From assembly GCF_964204645.1 (NCBI RefSeq), contig NC_134036.1, positions 9,155,859-9,219,858 on the forward strand: a stretch of DNA of 64,000 bases. Reading direction: 5' to 3'. Made by a program: the position numbers and the translations under genes. Shown here one piece after another: positions 24,861 to 39,488 of this stretch. Every line of letters begins with the position of its first letter. Within the stretch, counting starts at the first letter, position 1. Under the pieces are notes generated by a model. It was given only the letters and a program-made list of their open reading frames with translations, did no database searches and was not told the origin of the DNA. This stretch comes from Tubulanus polymorphus. Its lineage: Eukaryota; Animalia; Nemertea.

Positions 24861-26829
24861 AATACGAATATTGGAGGTGTAAAAGATATTATACAGAATC
24901 TGAGTTCTCATACATTTTTCCCAATATGTTGACAGCTCAGCTTTTATAGGGCCGAAACGGTTGGCTTCAAGATTACTCTAAAAAGCATCAATAGACGGGC
25001 TTTCTCTGCGTTTTAGGTATTGAATGCCAAAGGTGAAGTACTTAATACTTAGTTCCTGAAAACTATATTTCCATAATTTCATATCGAAACACGTTTGACT
25101 AAAATAGTAATTACTTCTGGCAACATCGTTTTGCTCTTGGTTCTCAATTTTAGCCATTGAACTGTTGGGGCAAAGTTTGATCCTATCGAATGGACCGTAA
25201 ACCGATGAAATCTTGAAGCATTTGTCGTTTCCTGTCGGTGACCAACCCGTCTCGCATTTACACTCTAAATAAGAAACAAACGGTGTTTGGGACGGAACTG
25301 GATCTAGGGTCCCTCCTGTGGATGAATTTGATTATTTGATACTCAAATAACTATTCCGAACAAACTTAGTATACTGTGCAATAATGTTGAAGTATTCGTA
25401 TAAATAGTTTTGAGAACTTAGTCATTTCTAAGAATTATATCTCAAGTGTTTTTGGTTTTCAAATTCCCTGTTATAGCATTTTAATTGCCACTTTACTATC
25501 AGTGTTCGTAGTGATGTCTTACCTATAGCCAAAGAGTCAGGTGACATTTATTTAACAGTTTAATATATTCGCTTTCTTATCAGAACTCCGTTCTTGGACG
25601 GACGGCGTAAAATGTAGCGACAATTTCAACTACTTCGTTTCCTCGTTGTATTTTTGGCTAAATAAATTTGGGCGTGACAGTGACAGCGCCGCTTCACTAT
25701 AACTTACTAGCCCTCGATATCAGACATGACGACCTACAAGACGTCACCAACAGCAGCAGCGCGGCTCCCAGAGTTATGACGTAATGCATCTGTCTAAAAG
25801 ACATAGACAAATATTGTATAATTCCTATCTAGTGACATTTAAGTATAGTATGATTATATATTTGCATTTTATCTAATTGTAATTATCTAATTTATCTAAT
25901 TAATACTTGCATAATCGTCATAATCTTTGTATTACACATGTATTTGCATAAAGTTGGGGTTCTCAGATTCGTATACGTCACTTTTTGACTTCTCATGATC
26001 CCCTCTATTTTCATTAATGCTATATATTGTAAAAATTTCACGCGAAACTCTGTTAATTTTTCCATTTCATAATGTAATTTTGAAAAGCAAAATAAATTCA
26101 ATTCAATTCAAACAGCTATGTGCCTTATTTGAATGTAGCCCAAGACCAAAACAATAAGTAGTTAGAGAACTAAACTTACATCCAGTGGTTATGCTTCATT
26201 TTCAGTGAAATTGGATATCGATGAAAATTGAAACGCGGTCGACTAATAACCCACCAGCGAAACCTGTCGGGACCTCAGTGCGACTTAGTCCAAAAGTGGT
26301 CATCATCACAAGTCTGGTCATAGATTGTAAGATCGACTATAGAACCAAGATGGTCTTAATCCCATCTGGAATTTAAGCCCCTACTTTGCAATTGGCCCAT
26401 GTTCATATGCATCACATCCACTTGTTACTTTATAAAGCCAGTCAGTCCATCACAGTAATTGACTTTAGAGTCTCGCAATTAATCTTGCGTGGAATGTTCA
26501 TTATCGCATTCAATTGAATCTTTCGCTGAGCATATGAAATAATATAATAATTCTATTTATCATGAAACGAATGATTATTTCGCCATCGAGTTTATCGAAA
26601 ATCAATAAACGGGCGAGGGCTCCCATATTGTCACTCGCATCGTCGTGCGCGATGGTTACAGAATGTTAAGACGTAAATACCATACCTTTTCACCGATTGT
26701 CGCGGCTTTCTCATATTTCAGTTCGTCGTCGGAGTAATGCGTCTACAGCAAACAGCTCAAAGCGTAAACAATCGTCGAATTTATAAGAATCGATCTCGGA
26801 AGCGACGACGATAGCAGCTTGCGAGCGAG

Positions 26830-27095
26830 TAAGTACTAGCATAAGCCATCCGTTTCGCCAATTCACTTAACGACGTTTCAGTTGTGAAAACAGTTTTGAA
26901 CTAGCGGCGATCGAAGCTTTGGAGCTAGTAAGTATCGTCAAAGCTACTCGTCTTGCTTCATAACCAATTCACTGCGCGTTTCAGTTCTGAAAACAGTTTA
27001 GATGAGCGGCCGGTGATCGAAGCTTTGGAGTTGGTATATAAGTATTGTTATCATATATACTCGTATCGCTCGTAACCAATTCACTGCGCGCTTGT
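26830..27095. repeat. ~105-110 bp degenerate tandem repeat (about 2.5 units)
   Basis: Recurring ccaattcact..cgtttcagtt.tgaaaacagttt..gatcgaagctttggag. Confidence 0.7.
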
Positions 27096-27746
27096 CAGCG
27101 TGAATATTTCTCGTCAACGTCGAAACGGTCGGTTCAGTCGTTCTAGAGTTCAAGCCGAACAGCTGTTCAATAATACCGTACGATTCGAATAGAAACGCAC
27201 ACGTATTCAGTATTTAACACGTATTCAGTATTTAGACGCAATACGAAAAAACGATGAAATTGAAACTCTAGAATAACCAACGTATATAGAAATATCTTTT
27301 AAGGAAAATATAATACTTAACAAAAGATAGGCGTCTGTAGGATTAAAGAGGTGATTCGAACGGTGGGCGGACGTATCGTTCGAACGCCTGTTTATTTGAC
27401 ATGTCACATTTTTGATCTCGTTGATCGCGTTTTCAACAGGGTAGGGTTTCGGGTTTCACGAACGGGAATTTAAGCCCCCCCTCATTCCGGTGCATAATTA
27501 GCGACGGGGCTGGTCATTCTATGAATGATAGTTTCTTCATCGTATAGGATTAATGCACTAATTAATTTGGAATTAACTTCGGAGATAATTACAATTAATT
27601 CACTTTTCCCTAATATGCGTTGGTGAAACAGATTTCATTATCGAATTCACTAACTAAAATATAGCACTTTCGATTCGAATTATCACCTAAACCGGGCCCA
27701 GGGCATTAACCCATTTGGCTGTGGGGAAAAACGACATATCACAAGT

Positions 27747-27936
27747 AGATAAAAACCCACAATAAAAAAGAAAAACTATCTGGTAGCTCAACGTTTCAAC
27801 TCAATTCTCTGAGCCATTTTCAAAAACAGTTTTTGAAAATGGCTCATAGAATTGAGTTGAAACCAGATAGTTTTTCCATTTATTGTGGGTTTTTATCTAC
27901 TATTGATATTGGGCAGCCACTTGTCTATGGAAACCT
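27747..27936. mobile_element. Fold-back Penelope-like non-autonomous insert
   Basis: ~75-bp inverted arms plus ~36-nt tail, flanked by the 13-bp direct repeat acatatcacaagt (27734-27746, 27937-27949); the homologous locus at ~42750-42835 lacks the insert. Confidence 0.7.
27787..27826 (-). ncRNA. Minimal type I hammerhead ribozyme-like motif (U3:A8 variant)
   Basis: UUGAAAA-U-GGCUCA/UGAGUU stem II-GAA-ACGU palindromic stem III-U; stem I only weak (UUU/GAG). Confidence 0.5.
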
Positions 27937-28239
27937 ACATATCACAAGTCACTCGTACAAGCGATCTCGTAGCTTCATACATTCATATCGGAATGATGAC
28001 GTAGTAGCAGCAGCTTGCAGTTTATAATAAGAAAGACATTTCCGAGGATTTCGCTTATTTCACAAAACATTCAATGAATGAAAGAAGATATCATGACTTG
28101 CTGAGTCATAGTGTAGGTCAACACTCCGGGCAACGCTCGCAGTCAGTGGACATGGTTGCGCGTTGTGTTTAGACGTCTCGATTGCCCTCGTCTCGACTGT
28201 TGGTCAAGGTTACGGCTAGCACTTCAAGAGCAGACACCA

Positions 28240-28700
28240 TGCTTACGCAATCATAACATTAAACTGTCCGCAATAGAGTCGAATCGAATAAGTAGCCAGC
28301 TTTACATTTTGAATCGGGAGCCGAACCAGTAGCCGGCTACCGGTTCCCGGTTCCCGGTTCGGCTCCCGATTCAAAATGGTTTTGAACCGGGAACCGGGAA
28401 CCAGTAGCCGGCTCCCGGGAACCAGTCCCCGATTCGGCTCCCGATTGAAAATGATTTTGAATCGGAAGGAAATCATCACACGCATGGTGTTAATTCAGAC
28501 GTCTCGATTAGCCTGATGGACGAGGTCAAGGTTGCGGTTAACTCATTTCAGGAGACATAGTTACGCAATTATGTTTACCTGCTGTCCGCAATAGAGTCGA
28601 ATCGAATAAGTAGCCAGTTTCACATTTTGAATCGGGAGCCGAACCAGTAGCCGGCTCCCGCTTCCCGGTTCGGCTACCGATTCAAAATGATTTTCAAATA
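28240..28700. repeat. Duplicated unit with GC-rich gggagccgaaccagtagccggct / ggttcccggttc motifs and internal inversion
   Basis: 28243-28380 is repeated at 28561-28695; related motif at ~43050. Confidence 0.75.
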
Positions 28701-29199
28701 TGTTGACAATGCGTGTAATGAAGATATTTATTTCATTACACATTTCAATAGCCCATAATGAGAATGCCGGTTTGCTAGCGTATCTATTTAACACCCGTAT
28801 TGCTCGGATGACTTTTACTACCAACGGGTGGCGCTGTGTGTAAATTTCACATAAATCAATGACTTTCGGCTATTAGCGGTACTTAAGACCAATTGAAAAC
28901 ATCATAGTCAATTACGGTAGTAGTGAAAATAAAAAAAGTTACAGTTCGGTGTACAGCACCATAGCACCCATATAATACAACATACATTTTATTCAGACTA
29001 AGGACTTAGTTAACACTGATCTTCATTTCCATTAATTAATGATCTGTTGAATTAATTAGTAATTCAGTCTTTCGGTGGTTCGAGATAAAATGCCCGCAAA
29101 ATAAGAACCAACGAACCAGGGCTGACCACAAATTGCCCAACAGATAAATTTTCGGAAACGACACAATCATGTTTAATATCAAATAACTCGTGGCTTGGA

Positions 29200-29740
29200 C
29201 CTTGGTCTATCAACTGACCAATGCATGACCAGTACTGGCTATATAGTAAATTATCTGTTTTGCAAACAATTAAGTTGTTTGGTGTCAAATAACCAGATAT
29301 AATGCGGACATAAAACTAAAAATTGTTTAACTGACCAATGCTTGACCAGTACTGACCAGTTACCACTAACTAGAACCCACCATAAGTAATTTATATGTTT
29401 AGTAAAGCAATAAAATCGTGTTTGGGCGTCGAGCTACTAGATACGGTGCGGGCTATGATCTAACAACTATTTAACTGACCAATACTGACCTTAAAGTAAT
29501 TCGTTTATTCTAGAAGCAACACAGTCGTGTTTGGTGTCAAATAATTAGAAATGGTGTGGGCTTTCATCTAACAACTATTCAAGTGACCAAATCTTGACCA
29601 ATACTGACCACATAGCTATATTTATCTGTTTCGGACACAACTTAGTCGTGTCTTGTATCAAATAATTTCATTCGGTCTGAACGTAAATGTAACAACTCTT
29701 TTACCTGTACAAGCTACACCAGTACTGTCTGATTACCGGT
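29200..29740 (+). repeat. ~120-bp degenerate tandem repeat with TGACCA motifs
   Basis: 4-5 units of aactgaccaat..tgaccagtactg..gtttggtgtcaaata. Confidence 0.75.
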
Positions 29741-30055
29741 TAAATGTTTTTAGAAATAACACGGGGTATTGCCTGAATCCTTCGTCAGTACTACTCTTAT
29801 TAAATGTGTCGTTTTAAAAGTCTTGTCCAATTTTTATTGTAGGAAGCGAGCTAACTTTGAAATTTCCCACTAAATGCAAATGATTTTCACGTCGGGTTTT
29901 GAACGAACAACGTTTCGATTTGTAATTGTAACGTGCGCATTTGAGCCTGTAACGTGCACATTTCACTAGTGTGAACGTGCGTATCGGTACCATTATGCGA
30001 AACTTGTAAAACTTTTGCGTTCAAGACGTTTAAACTGAACACTAAAGGAGATATT

Positions 30056-30093
30056 ATATCATATCATATCATATCATATCATATCATATCATA
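30056..30093. repeat. (ATATC)n microsatellite
   Basis: About seven perfect ATATC units. Confidence 0.95.
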
Positions 30094-33000
30094 TATATGA
30101 ATAATAAATAGATGGAAGATAATGTAGTAGTTTTGAATGTTTCGTAACTGCTGACCGCAGATCATCAAAGTTAATCGCCTCATATGAAATATATATATTC
30201 GTTATAAGGGATGTAGTAGTTCAGTGAGAATTCAAACTTATGGGTAATTTTTAGTGATCACAATAGAGAAAGCTGTATCACAACAAAAGTGCGACTTACG
30301 TATCTTATCGAAACATTGTAAAATACCAGAGAGTAAATGGGAGAACCCTGAATTCGAAACAATTCCACACTCGGATCGTTTACTTTGAAAACACAATTTG
30401 CAATTTGTGGACATCCATCATTTCTGCACCAAAAGCATGAAGTATATCATCTTTGCTCGTAAAAATTTGAAATTTTGAGGAAGATTTTTGGCCTCGTTAA
30501 CCTGTGAACACGTCCTTCACATATTTTCTAAGACCGATCTTGATATAATGCTGAGAGTTTAGAGAAAATTATGGTAGGATGTAAACTTAGGCCGCTTCGT
30601 ATCCGTGGAAGGTTGCTCATTATTGATCTTATACACAATAATCATAAGTACGTAACATGAGACTCCATAGAATATCGTTTTTCAATCATACGTACACAAA
30701 TTATTGCGATATAAAGATAAATAGTACTTTAATGTACTTTTTACTTCTTATACTGAATATTTCTTTAGTAGTATTAATAAAGAGTGGATCTGCAGGCTAC
30801 CTGAGCCCATTCCACGATTAAAGGTCAGTTGCCAAAAGTAAGTAAGTTTACATACCAGTGGATAGTTAACATTTAAAATGACAATTAAAACTTCATTGCT
30901 AAAAATAACTTTGTATTTGTAGAATAGTCACACTCAAATGCGGAGAATTGATAATACCATAATACGATACGAAAATTCACTGTGTACAAATTCAACAAGA
31001 AAATTAATTTTAGAAAATTATTTGACGCCTGCGAAAAAAATGTAGAATTTCTGGGCTAAGCTAATGTGGAATTGCAAATTTGAAATCGAAGTTTTAAGAA
31101 ATTTGGGGAAAGATGAGATTTGGCGATTGGGTAGATGATACAGGTCTTCGACTCTAGTAGTGGTTTAAATTTTTTTATTGAAAATTCTCAATAATTGATC
31201 GCGAACTTGCGACCGACTTCATTTACTTATGCCTCTAAGCTGGTCTGCAACTTCATTACCTCCATGGTTGAAGAAATAGATCTTCTGATGTCTGCTTCAT
31301 CATGACTTCGAGCATATCGTGTGGCCTAGCCAGCCGGCCCGGTCCTCGGGCCCGTGCCACGGATTTGGCTGTCACTCGATATCCTAGAGTCTTGAGTCTG
31401 GGTGGGTTGAAGTAGACATTGTCATTTAAAATAACATGCTTATGTTGTTCTGTATGAATTACCCGTGTGTCATGTATGTTGTATTAATTTATTTTAAAAT
31501 TTGTAATTATTGAATTTGGGAATTTTATCCCGGAATTTCAATGTAATCAGGATCAATAAAGAATTGAATTGAATTGTCACCTAATACACATGCCATCAGA
31601 GGACGCGGAGCCGTATATGACAGCTATGCTATTATAAATTGCTAATCTCACGAAACCCGCATACTCCTAATATCAAACATATTTTCTAAAACGTTTGAAT
31701 ATTGAAATTATATGTTTACACATTTTCATCTTAACCGCTTGTAGCCGCTGATGAAATTCACGCCGGCCCTACACACATCGTAGATAGCTTCGTCATTCCA
31801 CCGGCATGCCCACGTCAGGGTCTGACTTTTATATCAGCCTTCCGCATCGTGTATACATCCGCCATTTAACCGAATAATCCGATTTACTTATCATTTCTAT
31901 TTATGCCTGCCGCTTCTGATATAATCATACATCCTTTATTATTACAATACGTCTTCTAATGATATTCAATGCAATATAACATTTCGACGTTCAAATATGG
32001 GTCATTATATAATCACAGGAAGCCATTCTACATCTATGTCGATAATATTTTGCCAGATAGCTTGTTTGTGTACACATAGACCTGTGAGGTTTTGCACATC
32101 GATTTACGGCTGTCGTTTGTAAAATGACGCTGAATGGTTAACATTGTTTAGGTTTCATAATGGTAACGTTTTATAAGGCGTCAAAAAAGATGATCTCTAG
32201 TGAACGATCGAACGTTGTGTCGTAATTTTCTAATGATAAAACTTGGTTTGAGATTTGAAATGTGTACATAGTGGATCTTTTTCATATTAACAGTGTATTT
32301 GGTCATGTAGCCTATCATATTGTATAATGGTTAATTTAAACTAACTGGTTTTAGAGTTGTATCCTTAAATCCTGTAATAGAGGATGCAATATTTTTGCGG
32401 CAAACAGTACAAATAGCTAGAAAAAGCAACGATAGTGCATTGGTAAACTTAAAGCAAGCGTACATTGGTTGTTTAGGTTTTTCGTTGGGAAAATTAATTT
32501 TTAATCATTATTGAAATATCCGAGGCGAGCTTTTCCAGGAATTTACGAAGTTGAGCTTTACACAAGGAATTTTTTTGTAGTCCGATATCCGTGATTACCT
32601 CTGGCTTGGAGAGATACAATCTAAAACCAACCGTCGAGTCAAATATTTTACCACAATTTTCTATGATTAGTAAAAAGATTATGTAATAGACATAGGCATG
32701 CAAACAGTAATATCTGAAGTCCACTCCATTTCAAACTCATTCATCTTTACACAAACTCCAACTTGTTGAACAGTTCAACATCGCGTGGCTTGAATTATTA
32801 CGATAACTAAAATCAGGGACCACGATACTTGCTCATCTACACTGGCTACCAATTTAACAAAGGATTGAATTTGAGTGTTTGATGTTGTAACAATAGGCCT
32901 ACCATACTGAATTACGGATTCACTTTCTACTTTTCGATTGAACATTTATATCACATATTGGGTCATTTCATTTTTACCAGTATAGGCCTAATTGGAAGAA

Positions 33001-33099
33001 CCTATCCGTACATCATGTTTAATTTTATATAATCTGACTTTTGAGATGTCATTCAATCAATGCATTCATATGCGGTCGTCGCTTTCAAAAGCCACCACG

Positions 33100-33315
33100 G
33101 ACTGACTCCTTAGCGATACCTTGGCGGACGATCCCACAAGTTTCTTGCTCCAGCCCTAGAATGCTCAATTATAGTCGTCATGAACACCCGATTTGAATTC
33201 AAATTCAAAAGACTCCTAAAAACGCACCTGTTTACTCGATTACTGTAAAGCGCCTTTGAGCATTATATGCAAGAATCAGTGAAATTGGCGCTTTATCAGT
33301 TGTATTCATCATTCA
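33100..33315 (+). mobile_element. 3' end remnant of an L2/CR1-group LINE
   Basis: Encodes FKRLLKTHLF followed by ctgtaaagcgcctttgag...ggcgctttat, a typical L2-like tail. Confidence 0.6.
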
Positions 33316-35528
33316 AACCCATTATTCTCCTTATCCTATGAATTTGGAGACCCATCCTCGCATGAGAATGAATATAATGTGATTTCAATTAAAGATGACA
33401 CATGGCCTCATATCATTACGTTATGTTTTTTAACGGGTGGGCGAGATTATATCCTTATGTTTTTGTTTCTCTGAATGTCGCTATTTAAGAGTTCAATAAT
33501 AATTTCAGTCAACCAAACAAAGGATTTTTCTGTATGTTTCGTGTCCTGTTTTTCCATAACCCTAGGACTGCATTTTAGGTATTTTTCGTGGATGACCGAA
33601 CGCTGCCGTCCCTTTCTAGTAATTTGATGATATCTGTCGAAATCTGAATTTTAAAAAGGAATCAGGCATATCTCCTTGCTTGACTAAGTAAGAACTCAAC
33701 TTTAAGGGACACTCCCTTAAAGGCGCCATAGTAAAATCAGGTGTCGAGTGGAGATGATATTGTGTCAGAATTTCTTCAAAAGCGGAGAAAATTGAATATT
33801 TTGAAAATAATGATTTCACATGTATGTTTGAATCCGTTATAACTGGAGCAATTTTCATAAAAACATATCTATGGAGTCAACGAAATGTAATTAAGAAGAA
33901 TACTATGTTTAAGATGTTATCAAAGGCATTCTGATTTCGTCAACTGTGAAACTAGTGTCAACCAGATGTGTTCCCATTAAACGAACCGACTGCGAGCCGA
34001 GTCGATGTGAGATGTGGCCTACACTGAAAATCTCAAGCGCTACCACTGGTTTTTAGGTGCTTCTGAATGTCGGCCGTTAAAAAACTAAACAATTGCCATT
34101 TGGAAAGGGCCTAGTTAGAGAAAATGCTAGATGTGTATATTGTGTGATATTTCATGTGCGTTTGGAATTTAACCTTGTTTATAACGAAACACACATGTTC
34201 TTTTCTATTTTAGAAGAGCGCATGATAGTGCAATAAAGAACTGACACACGACGATACGCGATAAGGCAATAACGACTAACAATGTGAGCGCGTAGTTAAG
34301 CAAGGGCGCGCTATTTTTAACTTTCTGATCGCGTGACTTCATGACGTCACGAGGCATAATGCTAGTGAATAGGAAAATCTACGGTTTTTAGTGGCATGTT
34401 TCTTGCGCTATTTAGCATAATCGTCCCCTGCCAGATTGCAAATAACATTCAACTGGCCTGGCTCCACCGCGCTAAATTTGCCGTTTTTTGAAATTTCCCC
34501 GACGTTTTTCGCCTGTCCGGCTCGAAAGTCTAGCGATAATCGGACGACCTATGTGTAAGTATACCACCAAATACATCAGGAAATACTTAATCTGAGGATA
34601 AGAATAATTATATCTGTAAACATAGCGCTGAGCGTGAGCTTATCTAGTTTTAATTGATATATTATAAGTGGTGTTTTTGTAACCGTATCGCTGAGAAATC
34701 GTGTCGCTCCTAACCCGGAAATAAGTTTTAGTCGATTTCGATCATCATTCAAATTTGCAGTATCTTTATCTTTATAGGCCTTGCCTCATTTGAACACCGA
34801 ATTTAGTGATATCCATGAGAGATAATTCATATTGAATCGTATGTTCAATAGTAGAGAGGCCTGATTCATGTCCAAAAGCAAAGCCAAATCAAATAGTAGT
34901 CCCCTTTTAGACTTTCTGTTCGAATATCCACTTTTCTCTTTCAGGATATTTTTCGTCGTTTAAATTCCTACTGTACTCATAAAATAAGATATCGTCTCGT
35001 GAGGTAGGCTCAAAAATCAGTCATTTTTCAAATCGAAAACTTTTTCTTGGACTTTGAAATAAAAAAATTGATCAATCATGCATGTAACTTCAATAATTTC
35101 AGATTTTTCGTGGTCCTTCAGTGGCAGGCTGCCGTCGGGTGGGGCCCTTCAATATCGTCTAGTTAGGTAGGCCGAAAAATGTATTTCATACTAAAAAGTT
35201 CTCCTCGGGCTAAAAATTCCTTGATTAAGCTGTACTTTTGTTTATAATTTCAGATTTTTCGCAGTCGCAGTGTCAGTCTATACCAAAAAGTTAAAAATTC
35301 CTTGATTAAGCTGTAGTTTTTTGTTTATAATTTCAGATTCGCAGTGTCAAGAGTCCAACCGCAAGTGTTGATATTGATATCGTTTAGACTGCAGTCTGGC
35401 CATATTTTTAATTTAGTCAGGTGAGGTAAACCAACAATTTAATTTCGTATGCTAAGTTGAAAAACCATCTCATGCTTACAAATAAGCGGTTACTTTGTTA
35501 CTTGAATTGGCATGATTTCAATTTCAGA

Positions 35529-38500
35529 ATGGCAGAAAATTTTGACAGGAAAGTTGGTCAAGGCAAACGTAAGCTTTATTATGGGTCCAACCAGAAAAGT
35601 AAGAAAAATAAAGCTAAAGTAAAAAAAATGATCGAAGCAAGTACGTATATCAATACAATTCTTTTTATGTCCCAGTAGTTTCATTCTTCACTCCCAAAAT
35701 GCCAACTATGAATCATGCCTATGCCTCGGCTGTGCCCATTGCATTTTGCTGGCAAGTTAGTTATTCATGAATAAGGTATACATTTTCGATTTTTGATTTG
35801 TAAGTATATTTGTTAAAAATATAATCTATAGCTGCATTCAAATGAGAGTGAAAAATAAACTTTGGAATTTGTTATTTAAATTAAGTGTTTATTTTCTGAT
35901 TGAATAAAAACAATAATTATATTTTCTGACTTATTTTCTGACTTTTTAAGTTCTGATTTATTTTTCAAAAAGGAACTGATTTCTAAACATGCTCTGAATC
36001 AAAGTATCTAGGGATCATGAAGATCTTAAATGGCAATTCTCAAATAAATGTGTTTCGTGTATAGTCTACTCCTGTTGTGCCTATTAACCCATTCCCCCCT
36101 AAGCCAATATCAGTATTGAAACATTAATAAGAGTCTCGTATGTATTCTTGGAAAACAGGCCTCAGGTTTACAATGTATACAATGCACATGTTCATATTTA
36201 AGAATTGTTCAGAAAAAGGAGGTGAAGTAATTATATTATGATGACTGCCAGTGAGTGAGACTGAGAATTTGAGGGTTTATGAGTGACAACAACCCACAAT
36301 AACAAAAGGGTAAAACTCTCACCACTATTCCATTGGCATTTATCTGGATTGTTGTTAACTACAAACTTAAGAACTCAAATGAACCCTAGCAAGTGTAAAG
36401 ACACAATGTTCTACGTATAATGTTATTGTGGGTCTTATATTTGAAATGGAAAGAAATTATGATAAAAATGGTTAGGTAAGTTGAATTATATTTACTAACT
36501 GGTGACTAATACTTCCTATTTATGAATATATGGATTAATGAGAAAACAACAAAACTAAATTAATTAGTACCATATGTACACTTCCATTGATCTTTTATTT
36601 CAACTGATAATGATCGACATTGGTTTATAAATGAAGGGACTCGTATGCATGAAAATTAATTCATTGAAATTGATTGTATTTTACCATCTATTGATTCAAT
36701 AGGAAATGCAAAATGGGGAAATACGAGCCTATTGAGTGAAAGTGTGTCTAGCCAGTTTTCTCCTCAATCGCAAACTTCATTTGACGAAAAAGAATCAAAT
36801 ATTCAGCCTCCATTTACCAGTACTCCATTTACGTCCCCTGTTATGTATGTACCAAGTACCAACGTTGAAACATCTGTACCGACCTATCATTTCAAAGAGG
36901 ATCGCAGCTGTCAAACGGAGAACACTGCAACTGAAAATAAACAAGAAATTAAGATCAAACTACTTGAGTCGAAAATGAGACAGATAGAAAGTGAGAAATT
37001 GGTTTTGCAATCAGAAAATGTAAATTTAGCAGAGCAAATCAAAATTAAAGATCAGAAATTAGAAGAGTTACAAAATCAGATATTGCAATACGAACAATAT
37101 GAATCTCTAATCAGAAATAAAAGCTTATTAGAAATATGCGGAGGAAATATGAATAGCATCTTCGATGCTCGTCACTTAACGAAGTCTCGCCCTGAAAAGT
37201 TTTGCAAATTGAGCATCCCTAATGTCCCATCATCAGCGGCAAGTTCCCAAACTCTAGAAGCTCGAGCATTGACAATGAAAAATGTATTAGACACAATATC
37301 AGCTAAACCAATCAATTCATATCAGAGCAGCATCACGCTTTCAACATTTCTATCACACAATCCCAAATTATCTAAATCTGCAATAGACCATTCTCAACAA
37401 TTACATCTACTCAAACCATTAACCGCATCGCAATCTGTTGAATTAAAACTTGCTCTGCGTCTGCCGATGAGACGACTTTTCGACTTGAAACGGGTTCTAA
37501 AAAGCTATGGAACGCCAATCTTTCCATCTGCAAACAAAATCCGACAAGAGATCTTGCAGAGGGGAAAATCTTTCACCCCCTATATCACTGTAGGCCAAAC
37601 AGAATTAGAAGTTAATTCGAGAACCCATGAAAAAAAGACAGCTCCTCATGCAACTCTGACCAATTTGAAGTTACAAATTCAAAGAACTGTACAAAATCTA
37701 TCTGACCGAAAGAAAATGAGTTTTCATCCAAATTTTCACAATGAAGTTTGGGTCAAAGTGGGTATTGACAAGGGAGGGGGTAGTACAAAAATTATATACT
37801 CGGTTATAAATGGGGAAGGGAACAACAGTGCAGATGCCAGCGAAATGATTGGCTATTTTGAAGGCACTGATATTGTTGAGAATATGAGAACGGTATTCGG
37901 GATTTTCAAAGATGAAATCGATGCTAATGATATCACTATATCAACAATGATTGATAATAGAAAATTAGATTTGCCTGTTAGGATGTTCCTCATTGGGGAT
38001 TATGCATATCTGTGTAACTGCATGGGTCACCAGGGGCCCTCGGCTACCTATCCCTGTTTATGGTGCCAAGTAAAACTTGAAGATCTTAGGAAAAAGAACA
38101 GAACACCACACAATCCATCTTCCCATCCATATCAAAACCGTACTATCGCATCATATCTCGAAAATTCATCAAAATCACCACAATCATTCGGCCCAGAAAC
38201 CTTGAGTATTTCATCATCAATGCTATTCAAACCATCAGACATGCTTCATCTCGTTCCTCCAGTTCTCCATATTTCCCTAGGATTAGGCCACCGTTTCTTT
38301 GAGATGATGGAAAACAAGTGCAAAGAACACGACCAGACAAACTTAAGGGAATCGAACCCTGAATTAAACAAAAAAATGGCAAGACCAATCAGAAGTAGTT
38401 TCAAAATTAAGACTAGAAATCGAATCGAAACAATTGTCTTTTGAATCATCCAGCCAATTACTTAATCTCATGAAAATTTCCCACCGTAAAGGTTCATCGG

Positions 38501-39408
38501 TAATTGACTGCACGGCATCCATCTGCTTCATTCGCTCTATTGAAAATGCAAACCCAAATGAATATACATACTGCGTAGATTGCAACTTACCTTTTCATAA
38601 ACAATGCGTATCGAATATAGAATGTTTTACTGGTCGCAAACCATCAGCAGATTCTATCATAAAAAAACAAAACATCATCATCACAAAGCTAAAAAAAGAC
38701 ATCTCAACTTTGAAAACACAAATAGCCCCGGAACAATCTCTTCTGAATGAAATTTTCAAAGAAATTAATAGTATTCAAGGACCGACCCAAAAAAAACTCA
38801 ACAATATCCTATCTGAGATTGGTATTGATCGACAGGCCTACCATTCGAATAGTTTTGTCGGCAATCATATCCATAAAATGTTCAAAATCGATGAATCAAA
38901 AGGAATCAATAATCCGCGTAAATTATGTGAAGCACTAGAATTTGACCCAGCTACTCAGTCATTATTCCAACTTTTGTTTGAGAAATTTCACTCAATCTAT
39001 ACATTATATACGGCAAACCGTTTCCTTGAAAATTCTGAAGTTGAAGAACTAGGTAGGCTTTGTGATGATTTCGGTATGTGGTATCCGAACGCGTTTCCGG
39101 ACACAAACATCACTCCGAAAATGCACATGCTAATTTATCATGTACCAGAATTTGTTCGTGTCTGGAGGACAATTGGCATGTTTGGCGAACAAGGACTGGA
39201 ATCTAAACATGCTAGTGTCAATAAAGATGGACGAGTTTATTGCACTATAAGGGACAATATTCTACGAACCAAGTTAATCTTCATTAATCAGGGTCTATAT
39301 ACTACGAAAACGCTAAGTATCGAAACTGTTCCACGCAAATGTCTGTGCGGTGGATTTTTTATAACTAAACAAAATGAACGAAAATGTCAAAAATGTAGTA
39401 AGAGCTAA
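35529..39408 (+). CDS. Chapaev/RAG1-like transposase; predicted exons 35529-35640 and 36703-39408; one +1 frameshift in an A run at ~38370
   Basis: Same motifs as the 19098 protein (GIDKGGGSTK, GHQG..YPCLWC, RQAYHSNSFVGNH, TPKMH, GEQGLESKH). Removing one A restores NKKWQDQSEVVSKL. Confidence 0.82.
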
Positions 39409-39488
39409 ATTTTCAATCAAGTACCAAACATCAAGGCCTATACTTTGTTATGTGCATTTTCGGAGTGATAGTAATATTTTCACCGTGA

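Noticed and set aside
24484-33858. Numerous 60-90 aa ORFs in the ORF track, and antisense/shadow ORFs over real genes
   Set aside because: No motifs; they arise from repeats or opposite frames.
38360-38445. Programmed frameshift or two-gene organisation of transposase 2
   Set aside because: The paralog is continuous here, so a single extra A in a homopolymer (mutation or sequencing error) explains it. The same caveat applies to ~63315.
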